Origin: Eledone cirrhosa
Lineage: Eukaryota
Assembly (NCBI GenBank): GCA_964016885.1
Contig: OZ024741.1
Span: 17,484,001 to 17,548,000 of the forward strand
Length of the DNA stretch: 64,000 nt
Direction of reading: 5' to 3'
Shown one piece after another: positions 44,166 to 56,480 of this stretch. The notes under the pieces are model-generated. The model did no database searches. It was not told the origin of the DNA and saw nothing but the letters and a program-made list of their open reading frames with translations. Both the position numbers and the translations under genes were made by a program. How positions within the stretch are numbered: the first letter of the stretch is position 1; every line of letters starts with the position of its first letter.

Positions 44166-44240
44166 CGTATATGATTTATTTCAATAGAAATAAATTATTT
44201 TTTAGTTGGCTACAGCAACGGAACTAGGACATTAAATATT

Positions 44241-44459
44241 GGTTTCTGATTTAGACACAAGGTCAATAATTTTGGGGAAGGGGAACGTCGATTAAATTGA
44301 CCCCAGTGCATTACTGGTACTTCAATTTATTGACCCGTGAGAATGAAACGCAAAGCTAACCTCGGCAGGGTTTGAACTCTGATCGTAAAGGGCCGTAACT
44401 CTAAGCCATAAAGTAGGTTGTCCGATGCTCCACCAACACTGCCAATCTACCATACTTAT
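44241..44459 (-). mobile_element. tRNA-derived SINE (long 3' variant), old and diverged
   Basis: Homologous to the other copies; 13-bp TSD GACATTAAATATT at 44228-44240 and 44460-44472. Confidence 0.85.
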
Positions 44460-44475
44460 GACATTAAATATTTAA

Positions 44476-44669
44476 AATAATTGTTTCTACTTTTGGCACA
44501 AGGCCAGCAATTACCCAGTACATTACTGGTATTTTATTTTATCGACCCCGTAAGGATGAAAGGCAAAGTTAACCTCGGCGGGATTTGAACTCAGAATGGC
44601 AAGGGCCGTAACTCTATGCGTCAAAGCATGGCGTCCGACCCTCTACCGATACTGCCAATCCACCACCTC
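44476..44669 (-). mobile_element. tRNA-derived SINE (short 3' variant), full length, single head
   Basis: Head GCATGGCGTCCGACCCTCTACCGATACTGCCAATCCACCACC matches the satellite monomer; B box and tail intact. Confidence 0.92.
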
Positions 44670-45051
44670 TTTAGAAATAATAACAATTTTGTTGGAATGC
44701 TGACTTTTGAGATTTTTCAATAGAAATAATTTCTATTAGACTAGAACTGTTATATTAATTTGAAATCAAGAAAATTCTGCCGGGAATCAAGGTCAGAACA
44801 TTACAATCTTAAGAGGAAATCTTAACCATAAGGTGACGTAATTTCAGGCAAAACCATATACGACCCAAAATACAACAAAGTTTAGCACTGAACAAATTCT
44901 AGGGTTTCGTGCAGTTCACTTAAAATTCTGCACGAGACAAAGGTATATTTTCAGAAACCTCTGCACCATCCCATACACATTTTCTTCTTTGCTAGCGACG
45001 GCAAACTTATCATTCCTACTTGACCTCACTTATATTAAATGGTTTCAATGA

Positions 45052-45130
<79 letters not shown>

Positions 45131-45341
45131 AATAGGATTTCGCTTCAGGCATAGCTTTATACAGATATGTATAAAGATTTCGTATTTCTAAAGAAACACG
45201 GTATGTTTACAGGAAACATTGAGGAAGCCGTAGCTATGCAAACACCGGGGCTAACACCCTCTGGTTCCTCTCGTTACACAGACGAGAAAACTATATATTT
45301 TCGACTGTTCTGAAGTCTAGCAGTTGCAAGCGGTGGGAGGG

Positions 45342-45385
45342 ACCGTCCTGATGAAGGCCAGTCAAGCCTGAAATGCATAGACGGT
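45342..45385 (+). ncRNA. Minimal type I hammerhead ribozyme motif inside a PLE-like fold-back fragment (~45128-45443)
   Basis: ACCGTC-CTGATGA-AGGC(CAGTCAA)GCCT-GAAA-TGCA-TA-GACGGT. Flanked by the inverted repeat AAACACCGGGGCTAACACCCTCTGGT (45240-45265) / ACCAGAGGGCGTTAGCCCCGGTGTTT (45412-45437). Confidence 0.8.
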
Positions 45386-45439
45386 TGTCCCCCTTGCTTC
45401 TGCTGGACATCACCAGAGGGCGTTAGCCCCGGTGTTTCC

Positions 45440-45476
<37 letters not shown>

Positions 45477-45533
45477 GTATACACACAAACACACACTCAC
45501 ACGTATATATATGTATATATGCATGTATGTATG

Positions 45534-45568
<35 letters not shown>

Positions 45569-45576
<8 letters not shown>

Positions 45577-47036
45577 TGCAAACTCGTGTTCGAGCATTGC
45601 CATTGCCTGATAAAATGCTCAAAAATGTGAGGCACGAATGTGGGTCTTTAAACCAGCCAAAGACTTACACACTCTTACATGGCAACTGTAGGCTCCCCTG
45701 AGACCTTCCATTGCTTTGTTCTGGCTGTGGGTTCTCGTGTGTCTTTTAAGACCTCCCATGATTGCACATTCCTTGCCACATTCCTTACATCTCAGATCAT
45801 AATCTACATGAGGTCCACTGATATGTTCGTGTCTAATCAAACCAGCTTTACTCAGCCAGACTCGACCACAGTGCTGGCAAACCAGATGATGTTCAACAGC
45901 AGACAGTTCAGAACAGTCTCAATCCTCACCTTCCTTTTCAGTGTTAGGTGTTCTCTTCGACGAGTTTCAAAGTGTTCACTTCCTGACTTGATCAATCGTC
46001 TCCACTTCACACGCTCGTCAGCCATTTTCTCCCATTCGTCAGATGAAATTCCAGCACAAGCCAAGGTGCCTCTGATACAGTCCCGGTACCGCCTTTTTGG
46101 TTTATGTGGTGGTCGCCTTCCTTCACACAGTTCTCCATAGAGACGTTGCTTTGGAATACGATATCAGACATCCGGACCACGTGACCGCACCACCTCAACC
46201 GATACCGAAAGATTATGCTCTCTATAGTCACGCACATGCTCCGTTCTAGAACTTCCAAATCACTGACGAACATTTTCCATCGCACCCCAAGTAACTTATG
46301 AAGAGATTGTTGATAAAATCTCTCCAGATCCTTGGGGAGCTTTCTGTATGTGACCCACGTTTCACAAACATAAAGCAAAGAGGAGACGACACAAGTCAGA
46401 TACACTTTCACCTTGGTTTCGATAGTGATACCTCGTCTGGACCATAAACGTTGATGCAGCCGTCCAAATACATCACTGGCTTTCTTGATTCTTAAGGATA
46501 CTTCATTATCATGTGTGCAGGGCGGTGGATTGGCAGTATTGGTAGAGGGTCGGACGCCATGCTTTGACTCATAGAGTTACGGCCCTTGCCATTCTGAGTT
46601 CAAATCCCGCCGAGGTTAACTTTGCCTTTCATCCTTACGGGGTCGATAAAATAAAGGACCAGTAATACACTGGGTAATTGCTGGCCTTGTGCCAAAAGTA
46701 GAAACAATTATCATGTGTGCATGAATTGTTCAACGTACTACCAAGGTAAAGAAACTTGTCAGCAACGTTTAGCCTCTTTCCGTACACGTACACACTTGGT
46801 GCAGTGTACTCGTTTCCAGGTGCTGGCTGATACATCACAACAGTCTTTTCCAAGCTTATTGTGACGCCCAAATCGCTGCAAGCTGCAGAAAATGAGTTCA
46901 TAATATGCTGCATGTCACTTTGTGAGTGTGCAAAAAGATCGCAGTCGTCTGCATACAAAAACTCTCGGCTTGTAGATGTTAATACATTTGTGCTTGCACC
47001 AAAGCGCCTGATGTTGAACAACCCTCCTGAAGTGCG
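45569..47036 (-). mobile_element. 5'-truncated, frameshifted RTE-clade LINE (RT C-terminal half plus C2H2 zinc fingers)
   Basis: FLYADDCDL, ISLEKTVVM, KFLYLGSTL, LLYVCETW, RLRWCGHVVRM and CKECGKEC...LKRHTRTH; 3' end GAGTTTGCAGCCATCAT-(AT)n; interrupted by a SINE. Confidence 0.9.
46520..46706 (+). mobile_element. tRNA-derived SINE (short 3' variant), full length, inserted in the RTE RT
   Basis: Perfect 15-bp TSD ATTATCATGTGTGCA (46505-46519, 46707-46721); A box TGGCAGTATTGG, B box GAGTTCAAATCCC. Confidence 0.95.
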
Positions 47037-47150
47037 ATTATTTAGTTTTATATAAAGTTAAATAAAAACGGCGTAAGCATTACAATACTATGGGAGGGAA
47101 CATGATAGTACCACTGATGATGTCGCAGATGTGTGACGGAAGAACTTGAT

Positions 47151-47210
<60 letters not shown>

Positions 47211-47212
<2 letters not shown>

Positions 47213-49660
47213 AACGAGTAGGACCCCGACGGCTGAGCTCAAGCCGTTTCGAAGGCTAATTCTGGACTAAATGAAAATTTTTATCCTGGTATTTCTTCCG
47301 CGACTGGGATTTAAAATAACCCTACAAACGTCCCTGACCCGAGTAAACTTCCTGGACGTTACCCTTGACCTTGATAATGATCTGTACTACCCATACAGGA
47401 AACCTAACTACAACCTGCACTACATGCACCGCCGGTCTAACCATCCTAGGAACATCACCAACAACCTGGTTAAAAACATCTCCCTCCGCATATCCCGTTT
47501 GTCAGCTAATGAGCAGATATTCGAGGAACATGCGCCTTATTACAACCAGGCCCTCAAGCGGAGTGGTTTCCGGGAGGAAATATCCTACTGTCCAGCTTCC
47601 ATTAGCGGAACCAGCAGGCGACACCGCCGCTCACGCAATGTAACATGGTTTAATCCTCCCCACAACGCCGAGGTGGCTACTCCTATCGGGAAAATCTTCT
47701 TTAGGTTCATTGAAAAACACTTCCCACTACAACACCGCTACCACAACATAATTAACAAAAATACCATAAAACTCTCTTACAGCACCACACCAAACTTTGC
47801 ACAACACTTCGTCTCCTCTAACAACAAAAAACTCAACCCCTATGGAAGAAATAACCTAAATAGCAGTGGAGAGCCGACCAGGAGGTGCAACTGTCCTGAT
47901 GGATCCATTTTCCCCCTCGACAACAGATGCAGAGATCGTAATGTGATCTACCAGTGCAACGTGAAGACAGACACCTCCAACAAAGCTTATATAGGATTAA
48001 CCGCATGTGACTTCAAGACCCGGCTATACCAACACAGACATACCTTCCGAAACCCGGCCCGGCGTCACACCACTACACTTTAGGGCCACATATGGGACCT
48101 CAAGGATAACAACATTACCTATGATCTCACTTGGAGCTTACTGTCCAGAGTCAACTCTTACACGGGAGGACGCCGTCCGTGCAATTTATGCTCGGAGGAA
48201 ACTTTACAAATGCTGTTTTCGACGGACCAACTCCTAAACAAGAAAGATGAACTGGTTACTGCATGTAAACACAGATTGCGTAGGACTTACCTCGCCCTCA
48301 AACCCCATAATGACCCCCGGGGGGGGGGGGGGGTTAGACTAGGGCTATAACACCCCACTTGCCGATTTTGTAATGGGTAACCCCTGCTTGCAAAGGTAGA
48401 CATTAGATCTTCTTTTATATCTTTTTATCGCTTCCTCTATATTTCCTTCTTCCCCCATCCCTCCCTAGTCCTTCCACCCCAGTCCTCTTTCTTTGTCGTC
48501 GTCCTTTTCATTTTCTCACCCACCCGAGGCAGCCCCTCGGTCCTTTGTAGCCTCAGTACCCCCACCCCTTCCCCTATTCTATGATAGATTTGGCTGATTC
48601 CGCTTTTTATAGCAGATGTGTTAGACCCCGGATACTTGCCTTCTTATCCGATCGCTGCCCCTTTTCCGTGCTTTCTATATTTCTTAGTGGTATCTTTGCT
48701 TTAATTTCTCGTATATCAGTATTTATATTGGGGGGGGGGGGAGGATTTTGAATTAATTTTCCGTATCAAATTTTACATATACTTCGTACGAGCATTTATG
48801 TAGTTTGCACTAGAATTTTTGTATCGTGGCGGCACCCTTAGAGATAGTATTAGTATTCTTTTTCGGAATTCTGAATTTTTATTTCGTATTAGTTTACTTT
48901 TTTGCACTGGGTGGTTGCTGGCCTTGTGCCTGGGGTAGAAACCTTTATTTCGTACTGGTCTCGGGACTCTGAATTATTATTTCGTGGTAGTTTCTTTAGT
49001 ATTTTGGCCCCCCACTTGTTGACCCGTCACCGTAAGATATACTCGGTTGATTACTTATACCTCTTAAAAGGGTATCATTATAATTCCGTCCCACCTAGTA
49101 AGCCTTTCTTTAGCCTAGCAGTACCAGTGAGAGACATGATAGCTGTCCTTAGGTCGTAGTAACCAGAAATTGTTTGTTTTTTTTTACATTTAATTGCTTT
49201 TTAACACTCTCGGTATTTTTCTATATATTTACCCCATATTGTTTTACTTATTGTTTCGACTTCCCCCCCCTCCCTCTCCCTAGTATCTTCTTTGACCTCC
49301 TGCCCAGCTGTAGTCGGCACTATCAACGCATGACTGGGTCTCCTCCACCCCTCTCCCTCTTTCTCCTACTGGCAGGTTCAGCTACCCCTTCCCTCCACAA
49401 ATTGCCATGATAGAATTATTATGTCTCAACAACAAACTTTTGACCAATCCTTGTGACAATCACTTTTACCATATATGGAATTACCCCTTGAGAAGCTCGG
49501 CTATTCAAATACCAGGATAAAAATGTTCATTTAGTCCAGAATTAGACGTCGAAACGGCTTGAGCTCAGCCGTCGGGGTCCTACTCGTTCCTATTACCCAC
49601 TCTACTACCCTAAGTATTGCGTTATGGTCCACCTGGTTTCTTATCACATTTCCTCCGTTA
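47211..49660 (+). mobile_element. 5'-truncated Penelope-like element (RT C-terminus plus GIY-YIG) with inverted 5' pLTR piece
   Basis: VNFLDVTLDL, SNHP, TWFNPP, IKLSYS, CNC and NVIYQC...YIGLT..DFKTRLYQHRHTF. Premature TAG at 48081-48083, after which the frame continues (HIWDLKD...CNLCSEE). 47211-47294 is an inverted copy of 49507-49590. (TA)n on both sides. Confidence 0.9.
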
Positions 49661-49715
49661 TTTATATATATATATATTTATATATAAAAATTAGAATTGG
49701 TGCTCTGAAATAGCC

Positions 49716-50212
49716 ATATAAATATGAATGTATATATAGTGTATTTTGCAATACACTTTATGCTTAATTAAAAGCATTTCGAAGACCTTATGCTATTGTT
49801 TTAGAGTAGTGACAGACTCACTTACTTTAATTTCAGCAAACAGGGGGAGATAAAGCTGACAAGGCCTTGTTTCTGCATTTATTGATGATTATCAAAGCCA
49901 ACTACTCCTCCCGTCTGCTGAAATCATGGATTTCTGCTTGACCGGCAACCGCTCTGTATAATCAGTTCCTGATTATTTACTAGAATTCTATAAGAACCAA
50001 ACATCCACGATTTCAGCAGACGGGAGGTGGCTTTGATAAGCATCAATAAATGCAGAAACAAGGCCTTGTCAGCTTTATCTCCCCCTGTTTGCTGAAATTA
50101 AAGTAAGTGAGTCTGTCACTACTCTAAAACAATAGCATAAGGTCTTCGAAATGCTTTTAATTAAGCATAAAGTGTATTGCAAAATACACTATATATACAT
50201 TCATATTTATAT
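49716..50212. repeat. Near-perfect ~500-bp palindrome (arms ~210 bp, spacer ~70 bp)
   Basis: 49716-49931 is the reverse complement of 50003-50212 apart from a ~6-bp indel and about 2 mismatches. Confidence 0.92.
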
Positions 50213-50367
50213 ATATTTATATCTACATTTTTAACCGTTGGTCAATCAATGATTAGATATAAAAGCGAAAACCAACCCAAACCAAACAGTGAGTGTGTTC
50301 TGTTATTATTCTGGCAATATTATAACAATATGACCCTCTCCAAGTATAACAATATATATATATAGAA

Positions 50368-50398
<31 letters not shown>

Positions 50399-50443
50399 AA
50401 GAGAGAGAGAGATAGAAAGATATATAGATAGGGAAAATAATAA

Positions 50444-50588
50444 TTGTTTCTACTTTTGGCACAAGGCCAGCAATTACCCAGTGCATTACTGGTACTTTAT
50501 TTTATCGACCCCCTAAGGAAGACACGCAAAGTTAACCTCGGCGGAATTTGAACCCAGACCGTAAAGGGGCGTAACTCTACGCTGCAAA
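50444..50588 (-). mobile_element. tRNA-derived SINE lacking the 45-bp head (5'-truncated)
   Basis: Body and tail present; homology stops at ...GCTGCAAA, where the head would begin. AAAATAATAA is duplicated at 50434-50443 and 50587-50596. Confidence 0.85.
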
Positions 50589-50834
50589 AATAATAACGAT
50601 TTGAAGATGCCCCTAATACTTGTATATAGAGATGTAAATTCATGTTACACAATGAAAAGTAATTGGTATAAAATAAATTATAGTCTTTTTTAAATAGGTT
50701 TGTAGAAATATTTGTGGTTATCTAATTAAGTTTCACCATGAGTAGCTTCACAAACTTGCCTTGTCATTCGTGTTTTGGTGTTTTATATATATATATATAT
50801 ATAAATATAAATACAGATAGATAAATATATAGAT

Positions 50835-50913
<79 letters not shown>

Positions 50914-51453
50914 ATCAGTGATGCAATTTGGAAATCAAAGAAGGAAAGGAAAAAGAAAGAAAAACAAAAAAAAAAAAGATTAAGAAATCAAGATATTACA
51001 CATTTAACTTATAATTCAATATTTCGGCTTCAAAAACACTTTATCATGAAAAAAGAAAAAAGTGATCTTAACTCTGATCTGCAGGTCATCAGCAACAGAA
51101 GAAATGTTACTCAACTTTATATTCTGAATATAACACTATCAACACACATGTTATACACCACACACACATGTTATACACCACACACACATGTTACACACCG
51201 CACATATCTCCACTAATCTCCAGTTTTCCCTTAATATAGAGATTTTACAGCAGAAATGGACGACATTCTAAAATACTTTTAACTGTATTTCTCACAAATT
51301 TATATGAAGTTGTGTAGTTATACAGACAGAGACACACACACACACACACACATGCACACACAAACATATACACATATATACACACACACTCACAAACACA
51401 CACACTCACACACATACACACACATTCATATATATATGTATGTATATATATAT

Positions 51454-51534
<81 letters not shown>

Positions 51535-51754
51535 CTTTTCCTGAGTCCCGTATTTTCGTTGGTGTGGTAATGCGGCTGGACTGCCGACCGCTATATTTCA
51601 TTTGCTAAGCTGTCTAAACGTAATGTTATTACTCTGGGGTTCTTTTCCCCATCCGAGTGCTAAAGCTACAGACCGAATATGCATTCGTTAGCTTGGCCGC
51701 GAACTAAAGCTTCGTTTATGCTGTACTAAAATTTGTATATATATATATATATAT

Positions 51755-51910
51755 GAAAAAGTATGACCCCGGCGACAGAGCTCAAACCGTCGAAACGGCT
51801 TGAGCTCTGCTGTCGGGGTCATACATTTTCCTATTACCCACTTTACTACCCTAAGTATTGAGTACTCTGGTGCGTTATGGTCCATCTGGTTCCTTACCAC
51901 AACTCTTTCG

Positions 51911-51913
<3 letters not shown>
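51755..51913 (+). mobile_element. Miniature fold-back Penelope end (same family as 47211-49660)
   Basis: Inverted GAAAAAGTATGACCCC...GAGCTCAA, then CGAAACGGCTTGAGCTCTGCTGTCGGGGTCATAC, then the tail TATTACCCAC...CGTTA; inside (TA)n. Confidence 0.8.
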
Positions 51914-51974
<61 letters not shown>

Positions 51975-51975
<1 letters not shown>

Positions 51976-53560
51976 AATTACATGAATCAAAGTTCTGTTC
52001 AAATCATTTATTCGCTTACAATTGTTTCTTCCAAACCGAGGTTTGATGTCTTCGGAGCAATATTTCAATGATTATTTACAAAGAATAAATGAGAGATTGG
52101 TGAAAAAGTAATGAAAATGAATATGGAGAAGTGAGAAATAATGTAGGATAAAGTGTGTGTGTGTGTGCTATAACCAATCTCAAGGTCAGAATATGTTGGA
52201 TAGATTGGTATGAGACAAGATGTTAAGATGAGATATTCAAACTAAATGTGTTTGTGTTATAATCCATCTCAACTTAAAATAAATATAAGGTGATACAGTG
52301 AAGAGGGCAGAAAACAAATAACAAATTAATAAAGAGAAATCAAGATTTAAGATTGGAACTTGAAAGTCAGAAATCTGGTAAATTAAAAGTGTTTGTGTTA
52401 TATAGATGTTGGCCAAATTATTATGGCTGTGTCCGATTCTATCTCTAGGCTATCATGGTGTCTGCTCCGCCTGGGTTGTTCCCTGTGGAATGAGGGGAGT
52501 TCACAACCTAGGGTGTTGTTATTGCCCATATAGCTTGAGGGAGGTCTGGCCGAGAGGTGTTTTCATGTTCTGTAGAAGTCCCTATAGCTTGAGGGGAGTT
52601 CACATCTTCTTGTGTTGCTACTGTCCATATATCTTGAGAAAGGTCCCGGCTCTAAGGTGTCTGCATGTCCCGAAGAAGTCGGTTCTGAGGTTTATCAGGC
52701 CGCTTCCACCTCTTAGTATCTCGAGGGTCTCGTTCAGGCATAGTTTGCATATGCAAGATCCCCCTTTATCGGGTGGTACTTTCCTGATTATGTACCAGGC
52801 CAGAGAGTATGGGGTCCTGTCCAGCTTAAGCTTCCAGATCAGGTCGGAGAGAGCTGTGCTTTTCCTTTTGGCCTCCTTCTTGAATGAATGGCGATGGTTG
52901 TACCAGCGGTCCTTAAAGCTCGTTGATGTGGCTCCTATGTAGAGGTGTTCGGAGTTGGGGGTTTTAACCCTACAACCGTACACTAGGTTCTTCTTGAGAC
53001 ATTCATTACCAAGGGGGCATGATTCGGGGTTTCTGCAGTTGCAGAGGGTGGTCGTCCTCTGCGTGCCTAGATTAGGGTTCTCGTTATGTGTTACATGTTG
53101 GTCTTCCCCCATGCTCGGTGGGGGGTCCTCGGGTCTGTTTGTGTTTCTTGGGTGGGCTCTGGGTCCCCCCTTCCCTCCTTTCACATGGTTCTGCTGAGTG
53201 TTTGTATTGCCATCTTCTGGTTGTGTGTGGTTTTTAAGCCTACTTCTGTTGATGCTAGCTATGTGTTGGGCCAAATTTCTCGTGGTGGAATACGAAAGCT
53301 TGACAGTGTGTCTGTTGAAGATCCTGTGGTATCTGTGGTCCCTCGGGAAGCATTTGTCAAGTGCTCCAAAGAATAATCGGGCCAAGCTTTTCTTTAAGGC
53401 CGCTGAGTAGGGTGGGTTGTACCACGTGATTTGTCGGTGTCTCCTCCTATATGTGTGGGTCGGGGGCTTCGTGATTTGTTGGAGATTTTTTGGGTTGCTG
53501 GTGGTTTCCGCACTGTTGCTTCCCCTTTGGGCTCTATGCTTTTTGTTATCTAACCTCACA
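51975..53560 (-). mobile_element. 5'-truncated Penelope-like element (GIY-YIG region plus 3' UTR)
   Basis: ITWYNPPY, VKLSYSTT, CNCR..CPL..ECL..NLVYGC...LYIGATSTSFKDRWYNHRHSF and CKLCLNE; decayed hammerhead at 52013-52059. Confidence 0.88.
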
Positions 53561-53601
53561 GGCGTACCGTTCGAACGTTCAACCATCTGGCAGAAGGGTA
53601 T

Positions 53602-53644
53602 ACGGTGCTGATGATAGCTAACAAGCTTGAAACTAGTACATCGT
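53602..53644 (+). ncRNA. Minimal type I hammerhead ribozyme motif
   Basis: ACGGTG-CTGATGA-TAGC(TAACAA)GCTT-GAAA-CTAG-TA-CATCGT; 6-bp helix I, palindromic helix III ACTAGT, GUA site; U.U mismatch closes helix II. Confidence 0.7.
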
Positions 53645-53811
53645 TCCGGTGTCAGTGTTGAACAAAAAGGTGACGTGGTTGCCTTAACACCGTACGGCAT
53701 AAATTCAGGCTGTTCAGTTTGTTTACAAACGAACAAAGCGGACGTTATAATAAGCGTCCGTTAAAATGATACGTACATATATGTATGTGTACCTGTATGT
53801 ATATATGTATA

Positions 53812-53927
<116 letters not shown>

Positions 53928-54041
53928 CATGCTACTGTACGTCTGTATACATATATGTATGTACGTATACATACATACTTACATTTAAGTAAGTGCCGTA
54001 CTAAGAGTGAGAAATGAAATTTCGTTTTCATTTTATTACAA

Positions 54042-54086
<45 letters not shown>

Positions 54087-54570
54087 TACTGCTCCCTCGT
54101 TCTCTCTGTTTCTCTTACTTTCTTTCGTCCCCTCTGCCATGTCAGTTAACACTTTCTCTCTACTGACCTCTTCCTCGCACTCCCACTCACTCAGTCCCTG
54201 TTTCTCCCCTTCTTTCTTCCTCCCGTTCGCTGTGAAAACGGTTTTCCTTCTTTCTAACACCGGATTCACTAGCGAAAGGTCTGTTTCTGACTCGCGCATA
54301 TATTCACACAGCTTATGCTGAAAGAATAACTATGTTGCTTGTGTTTATTTTCATCTTCGGTTAGCTTCCCCCTGTGTTGTTTACTTGTCTCACTCGCTTT
54401 ACGCGTTTCTATTGTCCTAATAACTTATTTTAGTTATTATCGCTCCAACGTGAGGTATATGATTTTTAATGCGATGAAATACCCATGATCGTTTGGTAAA
54501 TCACTGATGAGGGACTCATTTTATAACATGTTATCCATGTGCAACCAGCAGTATTCTTCTCACCCATATT

Positions 54571-54608
<38 letters not shown>

Positions 54609-54609
<1 letters not shown>

Positions 54610-54751
54610 AACAAAGGAATTGTGGTAAGGAGCCAGATGGTCCATAACGTACCAGAGTACTCAATTCGTAGGGTAGTAGAGTGGGAAATAGTACACTCTA
54701 GAAATAGCCGTCGAAACGGCTTGAGCTCTGCCGTCAGGGTCATACTTTTCC
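54609..54751 (-). mobile_element. Miniature Penelope end (tail plus inverted pLTR piece only)
   Basis: Reverse-complement tail joined to TCTAGAAATAGCCGTCGAAACGGCTTGAGCTCTG...CATACTTTTCC; within (TA)n. Confidence 0.75.
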
Positions 54752-54765
54752 TATATATATATATG

Positions 54766-54952
54766 TAACGAAGGAATTGTGGTAAGGAACCAGATGGACC
54801 ATAACGCACCAGAGTACTCAATACTTAGGGTAGTAGAGTGGGTGATAGGAAAAAGTATGACCCCGACGGCAGAGCTCAAGTCGTTTCGACGGCTATTTCT
54901 AGAAATAGCCGTCGAAACGGCTTGAGCTCTGCCGTCGGGTCATACTTTTTCT
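54766..54952 (-). mobile_element. Miniature fold-back Penelope end with a spacerless palindrome
   Basis: ~54-bp arms centred on TCT|AGA (54900/54901), plus the family tail; within (TA)n. Confidence 0.8.
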
Positions 54953-55053
54953 TATATATATATATATGGTAGTTGACACATTAACATCCAATATGTAGTG
55001 TCTGTAGGTTTTGTGTAAACCTCTACAAGACAGGAAGTTTATACATATGTGTG

Positions 55054-55159
<106 letters not shown>

Positions 55160-55219
55160 TGATGATAGATGTAAACAGAAACGGTAGGTTAATATTTTTG
55201 TTAAATGAGTCTGTAAGCC

Positions 55220-55415
55220 CACGTATGTGAGTGTGTCTGTGTGTGTGTGTCTGTGTTAATGTGTCTATGTGTCTGTGTGTCTATGTGTCTGTGTGTGTAT
55301 CTCTGTTAGTGTGTGTGTATGCACGTGCGCGTGAGTGTGTGTTTGTGTGAATGTGTCTGCGTGCCTGTGTGTATGTATGTCTGTGTGAGAGTGTCTGTGT
55401 GTCTGCGTGAGTGTT

Positions 55416-55457
<42 letters not shown>

Positions 55458-55744
55458 CGTGTGTGTGTCTGTGTGCGTGAGTGTGCCTGTGTGTATGTGT
55501 GCCTGTGTGTGCCTCTCTCTCTGTCTGTGTGTCTGTGTGAGTGTGTGTCGTTCTCCCAGTATATGTATGTGTATGTGTATGTGTGTATGTGTGTATGTGT
55601 GTATGTGTGTATGTGTGTAAGGTGTGTAAGTACCAGCAATGGCTTCAGAGCATGTCAATGCATCTGGACGAAATAAATGAACATTTAACCAAATATTGCT
55701 ACCAGCTAGAGAGTCTAAGTAGGAAGCACGAGTTGAGAAATTCC

Positions 55745-55784
<40 letters not shown>

Positions 55785-56083
55785 ACACACACACACACAC
55801 GCACACACACATATGTGGTTATAAATATATAATTTACACACACACACACACACATACACACACACGTGGTTATAAATATATAATTTACACACACACACAC
55901 ACACGCATACACACACATACACACACACACGCACACACATGTGGTTATAAATATATAATTTACACACACATACACACACACATACACACACATACACACA
56001 CACACATACACACACATACACACACACACGCACATACACACACACACACATATGTGGATATAAATATATAATTTACACACACG

Positions 56084-56120
<37 letters not shown>

Positions 56121-56480
56121 GTGTGTGTGTGTATGTATCTGTGTATGTGTGTATGTATGTGTGTGTGTGTGTGTAAATTATATATATATATATCCACATA
56201 TGCGTGTGTGTGTGTGTATGTGTGTGTGTGAATTTGTGTGTGTGTGTGTAAATAATATATATATAACCACATATGTGTATGTATGTTTTCATTTGAAAAT
56301 CTTCACAGCCTTCCTCCCCCGACTTGTGCCAGCAGAGACTACAGAAGCTGTGTACTTTTACATCCTTATTTTATAAACACACACATACACAGGAACATAC
56401 ACATATACACACATTACCACACACACACACATACACACCCATTACCACACATACACACACATACACACAGAGACACATAG
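55220..56480. repeat. Compound (GT)n/(AC)n region with an embedded ~30-bp repeated motif
   Basis: GTGG(T/A)TATAAATATATAATTTACAC occurs 4 times (55815-56080), with two degenerate inverted copies (56170-56280). Confidence 0.8.

Noticed and set aside
48904-48950. Additional SINE copy
   Set aside because: Only a ~45-bp diverged tail fragment inside the PLE 3' region; too short to annotate confidently.
53561-53736. N-terminus of the 372-aa ORF as part of the PLE protein
   Set aside because: This stretch is an opposite-strand hammerhead-bearing fragment unlike the element's own 3' hammerhead; the ORF extension is fortuitous.
54503-54575. Hammerhead starting at CTGATGAG
   Set aside because: No correctly placed GAAA/NUH or helix I partner in this copy or in its inverted copy at 41959-42086.
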